A stretch of 62,913 nucleotides of DNA, the filler included, from Sphacelaria rigidula (Eukaryota): NCBI GenBank assembly GCA_964200075.2. It is 8 parts of 8 records of this genome, joined end to end, with 100 filler letters (N's around TTAATTAATTAA, not from the genome) between each part and the next. Parts side by side here need not be neighbours in the genome. Positions count along the whole stretch, not along the records: positions 31,509 to 39,285 come from CAXNAA020013491.1; positions 39,386 to 47,161 come from CAXNAA020013492.1; positions 47,262 to 55,037 come from CAXNAA020013493.1; 5 more parts are not named here. The stretch is one strand, 5' to 3'. Position 1 is the stretch's first letter. Each line of letters starts with the position of its first letter. Shown here piece after piece: positions 38,926-52,200 of the stretch. The position numbers and the translations under genes were made by a program. Under the pieces are notes generated by a model that saw only the letters and a list, made by a program, of their open reading frames with translations, had not been told where the DNA came from and made no database searches.

Positions 38926-39987
38926 ATGGGTTAGGTTTGTGTTGTTGTTGAAGGTCGGGTTGGGTCGCGTTGGTTGCGCCAGTGTGATGTAGAGTAGCGC
39001 AGACCAAGACCCCCAAATCGTGAGATGCGGGAGTGTCCCGATTTGAGGAGAATGGTGACATACCAAAAGTAAACGTCCAGAGAATTGGAGCAATGATGTG
39101 GTTTTCTCACAGCCAGCCAAGAACCTTCCTCAACGCATGAGGATCCGAAAAATCAATCCACTGAAAAAAATCGCTTGTAGACGGGCCGAAATCCTCCAGA
39201 AGCAGGTCGAGTGGAGTATGTAGTTTTGAATTGTTGTTGTTGTTGTTGTTGTTGTTGTACAACAATTCAAAACTACATACTCCACNNNNNNNNNNNNNNN
39301 NNNNNNNNNNNNNNNNNNNNNNNNNNNNNTTAATTAATTAANNNNNNNNNNNNNNNNNNNNNNNNNNNNNNNNNNNNNNNNNNNNGATGCGTGGTCAATG
39401 GTCAAACGACTAAGGGAAGCAACAAATGAGTACGCCCCTCCTCCCTCCTTCCTCCCTCTCTCTCCACCCCCCGCCGCCACACTCAAACAAATTATTAGTC
39501 ATCGATCATCTCATCGGTCACATTTTTTACAAAGATGTCAAATCTGCTCGTTACTTCCGCAAAATTGAAGTGTAGGGTGTGTTGTGGCGGTACTGAGAGA
39601 CATGCCACCGTGCGAAATCGGACGATTTTTTTGTCTTTTTTGCCATGTGCGTGCAAATAGCATGAGTAGTACTCAAGCTTTGAACCTCTGCATGGAATGA
39701 TCCGGTCACGTGTGCGTGACATGCGCGGATCATGAGACACAATTGTCCACGAGGAAAAATATTTTTGTTTGCCGTTGACGTGCTTGGAATGTATTTACGG
39801 CACATTGCCCTTGAAACATTTTGGGGGGGTGTGTCCAGTCGTAATAGGTGTCCGCAGATGTATTTGCTCAACCACGGCTACATAGTAAAGCTGTTAGCTT
39901 CTGACTACGTCGGAGGCCCCAACATCGAATGCTATTGGGAAGTCCGAGCGAAAACACTTCTTGATTTGTTCACACCCCTTCTGGTCC

Positions 39988-40600
39988 GAGTGTATTTTTT
40001 CAAAGGTGCTGAGCCTAGCGTGCGCACCCTGGAATACCCTGAGTTTTCAACACATATGAAGCACCCACCGCTTCCACCCACGGCCATTTGGCTACACCCC
40101 AAAATGCCTCCGGAGGGATGCGCGGCCCTCCAGGGTGAAAACAAGCCTCCGGAGGGCTTCCATCGCTCTAGAGCAGACCAAACTCTACCGACCCAGAGGG
40201 CCGCCCACCCCTCCGGAGGAAGTTGGGGGTATGCGCGGCCCTCCGGAGGCAGGAATAAGCCTCCGGAGGCGCTCAACCCCTCTGGAGGGAGCCAAACAAT
40301 CTCCTCTGGAGGGCCGCGCACCCCTCCGGAGGCGTTTCATTCCTATGGAGGCTCGAAACGTGTACCCACCTGGAGGAAGTTTGGAGGTAGCCAAATGGCC
40401 GCGTGTGTCCCAGACGCACACAATCCAGTACTCTAGAGAACCCAGGGTATCGTCGGCCGAAAATACCGAACAGTCCAGGGCACCCAGGGTATTGACCATC
40501 GACAGTACTGAGTACTTCAGGGTACCCAGGGTATCGTCAGCTAGACGTACGCCGCGTTCTAGAGTGCCTAGGATCTCGGCACCCTGAAACACCCCTACGA
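39988..40600. mobile_element. MITE-like element with repeated internal palindrome CCTCCGGAGG and subterminal CCCAGGGTAT repeats
   Basis: Imperfect terminal inverted repeat (ttcaaaggtgctgag-cctag / ctaggatctcggcaccctgaa). There are six perfect CCTCCGGAGG copies plus variants between 40107 and 40335. Confidence 0.6.
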
Positions 40601-40659
40601 GCTGGGCCAGCCTAGGGGCGAATTTGTAGCGTGCAGGCCCATCCACCGGCCAATTGGAC

Positions 40660-41235
40660 CCTAAAAATTGATACGGACAATCAGTAGGGCAAAATAAAAA
40701 ATTACCCTTGCCCACAAAGATTTCGTTGTTTATTCCAATATCTAATGACATTTTACTGATACCTGAAAACTGATTATTGCCTCTAATTTATGCAGAAAAA
40801 GGTTTCGTGCACGGGCAATTGCTTTTATTGCGCTCTATACATGGTCCAAACCAAATTTCTGGGTCCAACTCTATATATCGGCCGGCGAATGGGCCGTTCA
40901 GAAATCGGGTCGATAGAAATTTGGAATAGTTTTTTGCAGGCCATATACCGGCCCACGTTTGGTGTCTGTGTATCGAAATTTCGTGTGGGATCTCGCTAGA
41001 GCACAATGAACCAAAAAAATCGGATACGGTTGGGATTTATACATATATTTCACTGGTGTAGGGCATCTAAGTATGGTAACGACCATTTTTTCACCAGAGC
41101 GCCCGAATCTCACCCGAAAAAAAAATGAAGATCCACTTTTTTTCTCATTCAGCATACCTCTGTGGTTCTTTCTCCATTCCAAGTTTCAAATCACAGTTTA
41201 ATAACTCGAGACGAAAAATTGAGACAGGGTCCAAA
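40660..41235. repeat. Interspersed repeat with a related copy at ~46480-47095 and a fragment at ~5790-5870
   Basis: Shared blocks ttttgcaggcc...cggcccacgtttg, agtatggtaacga and cagcatacctctgt...tcaaatcaca. Confidence 0.7.
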
Positions 41236-42060
41236 ATCAATGCCCGTTTCTCCTCAAAACTCCCCTATAAAAACGAAAAAAAGTGAAGAAAAAAAAACAA
41301 GAAACATTGCGGAGATTTTAGTCATTTTATTACGTACTAGCGGTTCTCCATGCGAATTTTCACAGCACAATGTTGGAAATCTATACAGCCAGCAATCTAG
41401 CTGTATATCTTCTGTGTGTGAGTTTTTACTCTGTAGCAGATTAGCGGGTCAATACGTCTCGGTTCAACTAGGAGCCACCCAATATTGATCAAAGGTTCAA
41501 GTACTGTTTTTTCTGTAGATGATACTTGAGTTCAAGGTCCTGTCAGATTTGCCACGTAAGCTTGTAGAAGAAGGCAGTGTGCTGCCCTTGTTTGTGAGTG
41601 CTGTGGCTTGAGTAAGAATCCAGTCTGTGAGCTGGTAAACCAACACGTCAGAGTCAAGGACGCGTTTTAGTCCACGTGCGTGTAGAGCTTTGTTTTTTGT
41701 TCCAAGGATTGAGCAATTGTAGTCGGCGGTCCTCACCGCCCTCTACAGTCACTCTCCTTCACCACCATCAGTTCTCCGCCTTCAGAGGAAACTGCGAGTT
41801 CTGCTTTTCTTGGCCAAATAAGCGCCCAATCAACCATTTGTCTCACTGATTTTATTCTGAAGCTGCGGAAGCAAGTGGTCTAATCAACGACGGTGCAGCC
41901 TCTGTGTACTACTGTTCGCTGAACAGTAGTTGGCCTGTCGTAAGGACAGTGCTACGAACACGAATTATTCCAACACACAACTCCAAAAAAACTGAGACGC
42001 GATATCTAGATTTAGGACATCTAGTGCCTCTGCTCGTAATATATTGATTCCAGTATGGTG

Positions 42061-42256
42061 TAATGCATGAGAGGACCGCGCGTGCTTAGAGGATCGCATC
42101 GGAATTTGAACATTCCTGTGGTTAGGGGTACAGTTAGGGTTAGGGTCAGGGGCGTGGTTCAAGCAAGGACTGACCCGAGCAGTCTTGAAAACGTCGATCC
42201 TGGGATGTTCAAATTCTCCATGCGGTCCAAAAAGCACGCGGTCCTCCCACGAATTA
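42061..42256. mobile_element. Foldback MITE with internal (T)TAGGG-like motifs; related copies at 21950-22134, 18422-18475 and 54971-55037
   Basis: The arms are taatgcatgagaggaccgcg...gcatcggaatttgaacat / atgttcaaattctccatgcggtcc...cgcggtcctcccacgaatta. The core is ggttaggggtacagttagggttagggtcagggg. Confidence 0.75.
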
Positions 42257-44065
42257 CACCCACCCTACTTCCTACCCTCTCTACTCTTTGATACAGGCTG
42301 GGGCAGCTGGCAGAGATTTTTGAATGTATTTTGGCGATGCGGTGGGTAATTCGAAGAGTAAGGCACTGAAATTTTGATACAATATTTTTATCATAACTAC
42401 GCACAAATTTCTCGGGGCGCATTGAAAAAACCCCGGAAGTTAGAGCGATTTGAAGTTTCTGCAAAAAGTAGAAAAAATATATAACTCAGTGAAGAAAGAA
42501 TACGGACGCATCCCCCCAGAAATGTTATAGGTAGTGATAATAAAAATATTGTATCAAAATTTCAGCGCCTAATTCTTCGAATTACTCGCATCCAAGTTTT
42601 CGTGTGACTCCCGGTGGTCATACTTATAGAACCGCCTTTTATTACAGAGGCCACGAGTTCGAATTCCGACACGACCACTTTGTTTTTGCGCATAATCTGG
42701 CATAGCGCCTTGTATCTATCTGGGGGATGTATGGCGCAGTTTGAGGCAAAACTTCTCTCTCTTATGGTGGTAAATGACCGTCGGCTGGGAGGTTCTCTCC
42801 CATGATGGAGCTGTTGACGAGCTTCATGCCATCTTGCAGCACTACCAGTGTGTTCTTGCCTGCGCATGTCGAGTCTTCGCGTGCCTGTGCGGCGCAATTC
42901 CCTACCGTAATTCCACCGCATTTCGTGCAAAAAAACGTCTCCAGAAACGCTATCACGCACGGACACGAGACGTTCACGGTAGTCAATGCAGTACAATAAC
43001 ATCATCGCTAAAATTGCGCCAATCTACCAGCGGCTGTGCCGTGCATTACCAGGTTGGTCTGCAGTTCACAGCGATATGCTCAAATCGAGCTGATTTGGTA
43101 AGTTATCGGGGGTCCCACAAACCTGGGGATTCACACACCCTTCTAGCACCCCCGATAACTGGCGAAATGATACACGAGGAACACCGCTCTTCGACAATTT
43201 CGTCACGCCCCTACTACTCGTGTGTGAATTTCAGAGTCTACAGTAACTCTCAGAATCGGCATGAGCATTTGAAATTTTGCACGCCTTGGACAATATACGG
43301 TCAAAAGTTGCAATAGACAAGGAACGTACTGCATTGAGTATAGGCCTATTGCGACTACTGTCGACCAGCAATAGTTGCAATAGGCCTATACTTTATGCAG
43401 TACACTTCTCGTCTATTGCAACTGTTAACCATATTTTGTCCAATGTGTGAAATTTTGTGCGATGGGGTGAGCTTGGAAGCTATAAACTCTCGACTTGTTG
43501 ATTACATACATTAGTGTCGGAACGCCTTTCGGGTGCCCAATTGCATCAGGTTTTTGAGTTATGCAACGAAGCTTTGGACTGCGTAGAATTTGTAGTTTTA
43601 TTTTGAAGCACTGTTCACCGGATTCTTGGGTTCCAGGCATGAAGACCTCCGGAAGCCGGTGATGAGCGGAGAAACTTCGAAAGATTTCCAAAATATACTT
43701 CCATTTGGAACATAAAGACCTGCCGAGCTGCCAAGTAGAGAGGGTGGTGAAAACAAATTACGAGATATACCAGGGAACCCGCCAGGAGGCTGACTCTCTG
43801 AGCCTTTGGTGCATATCATGGGTCAAGATCTGACGTCAGAACCTCCCATCACTGAAGTACCACGTTTTGGGGTATTAGTTCGATCCCATGGAAAGCAAGT
43901 TCAAAGTGTTCCAGGAAGATGTCTGAGGTGATGGCGATAGTACGATTTAAAGCATGCAGAGATTGGGCGGAGACTGAGCTGGGAATTCGCATCCAATGTC
44001 ACAACAGCTTGAAGGCCCCTGATTGGTTGAGGTGTACTTTCGCACTTAGGGCGTGTCTTAGCACA

Positions 44066-44224
44066 TTAGTTTTCGCGATCGAAGTTGTGCGGTGAAAAAC
44101 AAAATCCTGATCTGATATATAGGTCGTAATTTCAATCATAGTCGTTAATTTTGAAGATGGTCGAAATCACGGCCTATCAGATCAGGATTTTGTTTTCCAC
44201 CGCACTTTTGCGATTGAAAACTGA
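44066..44224. repeat. Hairpin/foldback element with ~70-bp arms
   Basis: gtgcggtgaaaaacaaaatcctgatctgata versus tatcagatcaggattttgttttccaccgcac. Confidence 0.8.
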
Positions 44225-47200
44225 TGTACGAAGACACGGCCTCGCTCAGCGCCCCCGTTATGACCTCGAAGAAATAACCGGTCATGTCAACTTCTTCAGA
44301 TGTCCATGGCGGTCAGTACGACACCATAAATAGGACCATTGAATAGGGCATCGCGAAAGGAAAATGTTCGTCATTATGGGTGACTTTTAGACCAAAACCG
44401 TGAATGAATTAGCTTGTACGCAATGCAAAGAAACACCGAAGGGAGGAACTGAAAGGTGAAACACGGGATGCACGTGAAGAATGGCTCAAGAAACGTAACC
44501 ATGGCATGTCACAGAAACCGATGATATATAGAGTGCAATACAAAAAGACCGCGGCGGGAGAACACCTTGTGGGTCGCTTTCGATCCGTTTAGAAACTTGC
44601 ATGTGTGTCACCCGGGACTGAAAAAAGTCTGGAGGCACTGTCTACACTGGCGTAGACGAGAGCCAAGGGCGATACTCGCCCCCCCCCGAAGGGCCCCTGG
44701 AAACCGCTGCATGCGTAGGGCAAAATATAGGTTATTTCCATTGAGATGTGTTGAAAGTTGGTGAGAATATGGGTTCAAATTGTTATTTGGCGGGAAAACA
44801 ACCCCAACCAATTCTCCTTTTTTCGCCCATGGCTTGATAGACAGTGCACCCGATTTTGCGAGGGCCAACTTTTGCCGCACATGGCCTCTCTCCTAGAATC
44901 TGTACTGCCGCTTGTGCGCATGCTCTCGGGTGTCGACTAGACGACGAAAGGGCTCTAGTGCCATGCAGAGATGCAGTAGAATCGACAGAGAGTATCTTTA
45001 GGGACAATGCAACAAAGATCATTGGTGCGAAGGGTATCACGGAAGGCGACGAACAGGCTCAGCAGGACGCCTTACATACATATAACTGTCTGATCGTTGT
45101 TGACCCTTTGACGGCGAGAGTAGATCAAGAACTTGAAGCAGCATGATCTAGATGGACTACCCTCGTCGTCTAAGGGCTAAACCACGAGAGGTTGCTGCAG
45201 AGTTTATACTTCGCTGTAAGAGACAGAGAAGTCGAATCTTTAAATTCCGAAATCCACAAGAATGATCCTCCAGCTGAAGGCAGAATTCTCAACATCAGAG
45301 CACTTCGTACTGTCTGGAATGGTGGACAAGTTGCTGTGCGCGACGATGCTGCCCACTGAATCGTGGGAAGGATTGATACAACAACAGCACTGTGTACTGC
45401 GCCGTGCCTTGCTGTGCTGTACTGTACTGTACTGTACGTTGTTGTTGATAGTTTTGTGTGAGATATGCTATTGTTGGCTTCCAAGAACGGAAGTGTAGAT
45501 TTTCAACGGGAAAAACTTTCGGAACGACTTCAGAATACATGCCGCATTTCAATCCTGTGTGGGCACGGGTGTACGCCCCCGGTACCCGTCACCCGTCACC
45601 GTAGGAGGATGCTCATCTTCGGTGGGGGAAAAAATGCAACGTTTATCTAGGCGCAAGTCGAGCAAACTGCAAGGTGAAGAATAATTGTCCCATGCTGTAG
45701 CCCCCTAGCTGCCGCATTCAGAAGTTTACACATGTGCAACACGCGGTGGCGCAAATGGCACTTGCTGGGTGGCCGCACGGGACTACTTCCTTCTCGCTGC
45801 AAACGGCCGCCCCTCGCACCAGGTAAATGAGAATCAGCCATAATTTCAGGCATTCATTAGGCTGTAACGTTTCATTGCGTCGTACGAATATGGCCGCATA
45901 TATCTCTAGCTCTCACCACACAAGAATTCTGATGTCGACTTCCCTCGCGATCGCCGTTCGTTCCAAAGTGGTTGCGCCTCCGTCTCTCTCGCTCTCTTCG
46001 CTCTGATGACTGGTCACAGCGGTGTGGGTTAGGTGCACACCGATTGTGCAGGAGGAGGCTAATAGGGTTGTTGCGGAAATGTGCGCTGACATGGACAAGG
46101 AGGTTGAGCGTGAGAGTACGTATCACACCGCAATAAATTTCCTTCAGTATTTTCTGGGGGCTGAGACGGACCGATTTGTTCGGTGGACGAAATACGGTCG
46201 GTTTGGTTGCAACCAACCCACAACCGGCAAATTTGTCTGACCTCTCGAACCCGTGGTCACAGACGTAGGCTCGTCTTTCTATACAATACCGTCTGCGCTG
46301 TCCCTCACAAGACATCGGATCCTCGTCGATTTTTATGAGAATCTACACAAATTGCAGGAACAAACGCAATCCGCTACGATATTACCAAATTGGCAACAAG
46401 AAGAGAGACGCCAAGAACACACGTGAGAGAAGTACAGGCTGGGCCAGCCTACGAGCGGATTTGTACTTGCAGGCGAATTCGCATTTTTTTTCTTGGAGTT
46501 AGAGAGTGAAAATTGGTATGGACACTCAACAACAGGGCATGAAGAAAAGCTGTCTGTGTGAGATCCCAACGTTTTTTTCGTTTTTTTCGTGAGTTAAGGC
46601 TATTTTACTAAAACATCAAAACTTATTTTTGCCTTTAATTCACGTAGAAAAAAATCGTTGGGACCTCACAGACAGCTTTTCTTCATGCCCTGTTGATTGT
46701 CCGTACCAATTTCATTTGCCAACTCCGAGAAAAAAAATGCGAATTTACCTTAAAAACGCCGAGGCGGTGGAAATTCGGAACATCATTTTGCAGGCCGTTT
46801 ATCGGCCCACGTTTGTTTGGTATTTGTTGGTTGAAACTTTGTGCGGGACCTTGCTAGGTCGTGATGAACCGAGAATAATGGGTGAGGTTGGGTCTTATTA
46901 TTTTTTTTCACTGATTGAGGGCGTTCGTTTAGTATGGTAACGATGATTTTGTTACGAGAACGCCCGAACCTCTCATGAAGAAAAAAAGTGAAGGCCCATT
47001 TATTTTTTACTCAGCATACCTCTGTCGTTTTCCATGCCAAGCTTCAAATCACAATTATTCTTAAAATTGAGCTGAAAAATTGAGGTAAGGCCCAAGAGTA
47101 ATAACAGCCGATTTTATATTTTGGGGTTCATACAAAATATGGGACTGAAGTGGCATATCTGNNNNNNNNNNNNNNNNNNNNNNNNNNNNNNNNNNNNNNN

Positions 47201-48934
47201 NNNNNTTAATTAATTAANNNNNNNNNNNNNNNNNNNNNNNNNNNNNNNNNNNNNNNNNNNNTTTGTGCCTTTTTGTTCTTTCCGGGTGTGGGGGGGGGGG
47301 GGGGGGGGGGGGGGGTGTTCTCATTTGTTGCTTGCCTTAGTCTTTTGACCATTGACCACTCATCCCTTTCGAGACGGAGCACCGTCTGGGAGAGGGGGGG
47401 GGGGCACTAAATCTAATACGTGATGAAATGAATGAGGAATAGACAAAACAAAATAAAATAGATGAGCAGTATATAAAGCCTAAAATTCGCGTTCATGAAG
47501 CTTTACTTTTTTCGTATAGCTTCGGAGCAAAGTGAGGCCAAGTGATATATATTCTGTGCTTCCCCCCCCTTCCCCCCCCCGCTGCCTGAACGAGCCTGGC
47601 TCTGTCTTCTTGTCTATTGTATTCCCTTTTTTTTACATTCTATTATTATTATTTTTTTCGTTCTATCATTATTTTGTTTTCCTTTTCTTCATTTTTCTCT
47701 CATTTTTTCATGTTTCTCCTTTTTGTTTCTGATAACGAGCTGGAGTGTTGCTATCAGCTACGTAATGCACGATCATCACTTTTTTTGTCTTTGTCCGTGC
47801 TTGTGTTTGTCGTTATTTTGTTGTTACAACTGTTCGTTCCTGTTATTGTTTGTTGTTTTTGTTATTGTTGTTGGTGGTGGTGGTAGTGGTGGCGGCGGTG
47901 TTTTTGTTGTTGTTATCGCTGCCCCCTTTCTTTCCTCTCTGAGGCCGTTGCTTCTGTCGTTTTTCTGTTACTTTCTTGCTTTATTGTGTTTTTTTTATTA
48001 TTCTGCTCTATTTTTGCTGCTCCCGACCACGGGCTGGATTGTTGCAATCAGCTAATGTGAGATAATCAATCGAATCAATCAATCAATCAATCAATCAATA
48101 TTCGTGGGTTTCGGCGATACATCGCACATCACACTTCTACGACAACAAGACCAGCCAAATACCACAAAGGAAAGAGGGGCTTGCCCAAGTAGGCTAGACG
48201 CAACCAGCTACACAGTCGACTTGCACCCAATTTGCGTCGCAGGTTTTGGTGGCAGATACGGCCAATAGTCATGGGCGCCACGTCACCGAAGTCGCCCCGA
48301 AATGGCTATTTATTGAGTGTTCCCCCATGTAAAAAAAAAAGAAATCGTAGGACCGCCGCAGGGGGGAGAGTACGTCGTATTTCGGAGAGTTTTTTGTCGG
48401 GCACTCCTGTGTCACCCAAGACGTTTGGATCCTCAATGCGAGGGGTCACATTCCGTACAATTTTCCACATCTCTCGGATAATTGGTTTATGGGGTTGTCT
48501 GAACAGACAGTGCCCCGAAGTTATTGAAGAAAAAACGAGCTGAATACCGCAATGTTTCTCGCCTGCGGCGGCGCTCCCGCGAAACCCCCTCACCAGCCGG
48601 GGAGGGCCGTTGGCAGCTGACGGCGTCGCCGCTCGCCGACGATTGTTTTCCCGTCAATCGGCGAAGCCGATTAACTGGGAAACAACCGATGTACTTTGCG
48701 CGCCAGCGGCGAGTTTGAAGAAACTCGCGTGCTGGTGTGCGGAAAGCGTTGGCTGCCCGCAACGAGAAAACTGCAATGGGAAGAGTAGAAGGGCAGTGGG
48801 GTGCCCTGGAGGAATATTTTGCGGAGAATACTAGCGCTGAGAGTGCGTTCCGCGATGATGCAGATTTCAAACCAGGACCCGCTCAAATCATAACTCGGGA
48901 AATGTTGAATGGGCTGACCCCCCCGAATTCAAAT

Positions 48935-49213
48935 TTATAGAGCCTGAAGAAACTCGCGCGTGACAAACACGCACGGATGTGCTTCGGCACCAGTAACAGT
49001 CAGTAAGACGGCCTGCATACCACGTCCTTTGTTGTTCATTTTGACCATCTCTTGATACTCGACGTATTTCTGATAAAAACGTCGGGACGCGTTTTCACTA
49101 AAATGCCGTCCGTACTCTGGGGCTTTCAGCGATCCTGCAGGCATGAGCTCAGTAAATTTAAACTTCACCTCTTCGTCTGTATCGCCATCACCCACTTTCT
49201 TGCGCGTTGCCAT
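48935..49213 (-). mobile_element. Probable truncated LTR-retrotransposon gag N-terminus
   Basis: MATRKK...KAPEYGRHFSENASRRFYQKYVEYQEMVKMNN has the 'AP...RxFxxxYxxY...V...N' pattern of algal/oomycete gypsy-type gag. No LTR or pol was seen. Confidence 0.35.
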
Positions 49214-52200
49214 AGTTGCACGCAACAGTTCCAGCCAACCTACCCGTCTCTCCGTTGCCAGCGAGCTCCCTCACGTTACAATGCACACCCCTGTGTACGA
49301 TTTTTGATATAATCTTTCCGCAGCTGCCCACAGCTGACAAACCTCTTCCAGAAACCAGCGGGTTCCTCTTGATAAACGTTTATCATAGAGCCCTCCTGGA
49401 CTCAGAACAAGGTCACAAGATTGCTCTGAGGGCTTCCTCCCTCACTAGGGCCTGGAGACTTCAAGACAGTTGTTATTCATAAACACACAGCCTTCGTTAT
49501 CGGAAGTAACCATATGCGTGAAGCATGTGATGTTCAAATCCACATAGTCTGCCGATCAGACCCGCAAGTCTGCCAACCAATAGAAAACGCCTACAGCAGA
49601 TGATTCCACTTGTATATCATCATGAACCTGCACGTACATGTACTGGAGGTGGACTACTCTACATGTTCGATGGTATCCTCGGATGTTTGACGTGCGCGCT
49701 TCCAGGCTCGGCTCCTCGTCCCGTGCATGACTTTGTTGTCGAAGATCTTGTTGTCTTGCTTCTGCTTCTGCATAACCTACCTCTGTTTTGGTCTCCCGTG
49801 CCGCGTCTTCTTCGACTCCTGGTATTCTTGCGATGATCTCGTCTACTTTATTTTCCCAGTTAGTTGTCCATTTTTCATCTTTCAAGAAACTTTGTAGTCA
49901 CCGTTTAGCAATGCGTAGCCCGGTCGCTAGCGTAAAGGCTTGATTGCTTGCTCGGCGCAAGGGCCAATAATTGATGAAAGAGGGTCCTGGGACCGAAAAC
50001 ACTATGTTGTATTCATTCCTCAGTCAAAAAATGTAAATTATACTCTCCATATAAAAATGTAAAAAAACCCTTGTGCACTGCCCGAGAGGGGTGGGTCATT
50101 CTTGGGGAAATTGCTCATACAAAATAAAACGTCACAGACACATTTCTTCGCCACGCCACAAAGCGTGTGCCCCCCAGTAGATATCTACTGCAATTATCAT
50201 ATCGGGTATGCCTCAAACAACATAACTATATATTTTTTTCGTCGTTCCCCAACACGTCATGATCTAATCTCAATATCCATCTCCCTTGCATCAGTGTCAC
50301 GCCCAGTTTAGTGTCACGTTTGTCACCACCACCCCTAAAATGAAGATGCGACGGAGTCTAAGAAGTGCACAGAAGGTTATATCGCAACTAAAGCGATACA
50401 GAGCTGTAGTAGGTATCCTACACTACCCCTCCATCGAAGCCCGGTTAAATTCCATCCAGTACAGCACACGCACGATCGATGCATGACCGGAAACAAAGCC
50501 CCGGAAATCTGTACACGCCAAAGCCATTTTCCAATATGGCCTACCTACACGCGATCGCAGATAACTTGCGCTGCACGGACGGCAGGTAGCTAAAACTTAA
50601 GAGGCAGGTATTAATTGCTCATAGCCATCGTTTAACATCAAATTTGCACCAATTAGTTTCCGGGATCGTGCGTAAAGTGCAAAAAATGAACCTTGCTATA
50701 CGTCAACATTTGTCGTTACGGCAACGGTAGGTGGTGCAGCCGCAACGTAAAGGGCTGATAGCTATGCGTGTTAGCTACACAAAGCACTTTGATTTGTCTC
50801 TGCAGCTGTTATGTGTGTTGAGATATTCCCATTTCGGCGGGGGGTATTGGAACAAATGAGATGCGGTGGAAAAGCGTGTCAGATACTCCGGAGTATACAA
50901 AGAGAGGTGGTATTCAAAATAAAAATAATAAGCCGGCGGCAATTTCGCCGCGTTGAGGTGTGTTCGTTGTCGTACATACATTTTCCCACACTCTTTCATG
51001 GAAACAACAGCGTTGCCCGTCTGCAGATAAGATAGTTCAAACACGTGCATGCCGTTGTAGCTGCGGTGGCGCGCGAGGTTGCTGCCCACAGCATAGAGGG
51101 CAAACAGATGTGCACTGTCGTCAGCGAGGTCGTGACCCCTCCGCGTCTAAGGTCAGTTCTCATGGCAAACAAACAACGCCAAAAAAATACTGTACGATGT
51201 GGGCCAGCTGACAGTGATTTGCGAGTGTATCCGGTCCGGGCGGTTGGTAATCCGAACCGTTGGGCGCTGAAATTTTGACACAATATTTGCATCATCACTA
51301 TGCACAACCTTCCCGAGGATGCCAAGGAAAAACACACACACACACACATTTAGAGCGATTGATTGGAATTTTCTGCAAAAACTAGGAGAATGTTATAAAT
51401 CCGTGAAAATAAATAAATACGTGGGCATCCCTAACGTAGTTGTGCGCCCTTCATTGGAGGACATCCTGGTGCAATTGCGGCCAAAGCTTCCCGAAATTTG
51501 GCGCAGCATCCAACTTTTCGTGTGGCACGGCTGCGCTCCTTTAATCCTTGTGACGCAGTTGACTCCAATTATGGAGGTCACGAGTACGAACCCCGACGGA
51601 TTCTTTTTTTTTGTTCCGTCGGTTGGGTGATATATTATGCCGTACATTTTTTTCTTTTCTTTCAGTGGCGGTCCCGTGCGTTACCACGTTGGTCTACATG
51701 TCACACCGATATACTCACGTCGGGCTAGTTTGGCAAACTTGATAAGTTGTGGTGCGATATGCAAATGCAGGATTTACCGCTGCCCCAGCCCGTAGCGCTA
51801 TTTTTTGTTCATGTTTGTTATTTTGCGTCCGAAAGGAAGCTAGGAGAGCATTGGCACTTTATAATGGCTTCCTATTCTGCACGAAAAAATACGCGAGGAC
51901 ACCTTAATTTTTCCTGGTAATGGAAGTTTTCTTTTTCTACACATACACTCATCTGCCAGAGTGGCCAAGTCCAGTGGAACAATCCGTGTCATGTTCGCAT
52001 TTTCCGGTGGTCGCAGAATTGTTTCGACTGGACTAGCACTTTTGCCCAAGAACAGTCGACACGAGTTGATTAGTGTCATGGATTTCTACACCTGACCACC
52101 ACTTTATCCTAAACTCGATTGATGTTCATAGTTCATGGACGAACATTCAACTTCGGCAAAAAGAACAAGATACAAGCACCTCAATACGTTTATGTGACGT

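Noticed and set aside
39732..40751. Overlapping 234/150/188-aa ORFs
   Set aside because: They are explained by stop-poor CCTCCGGAGG repeats in a MITE-like element.
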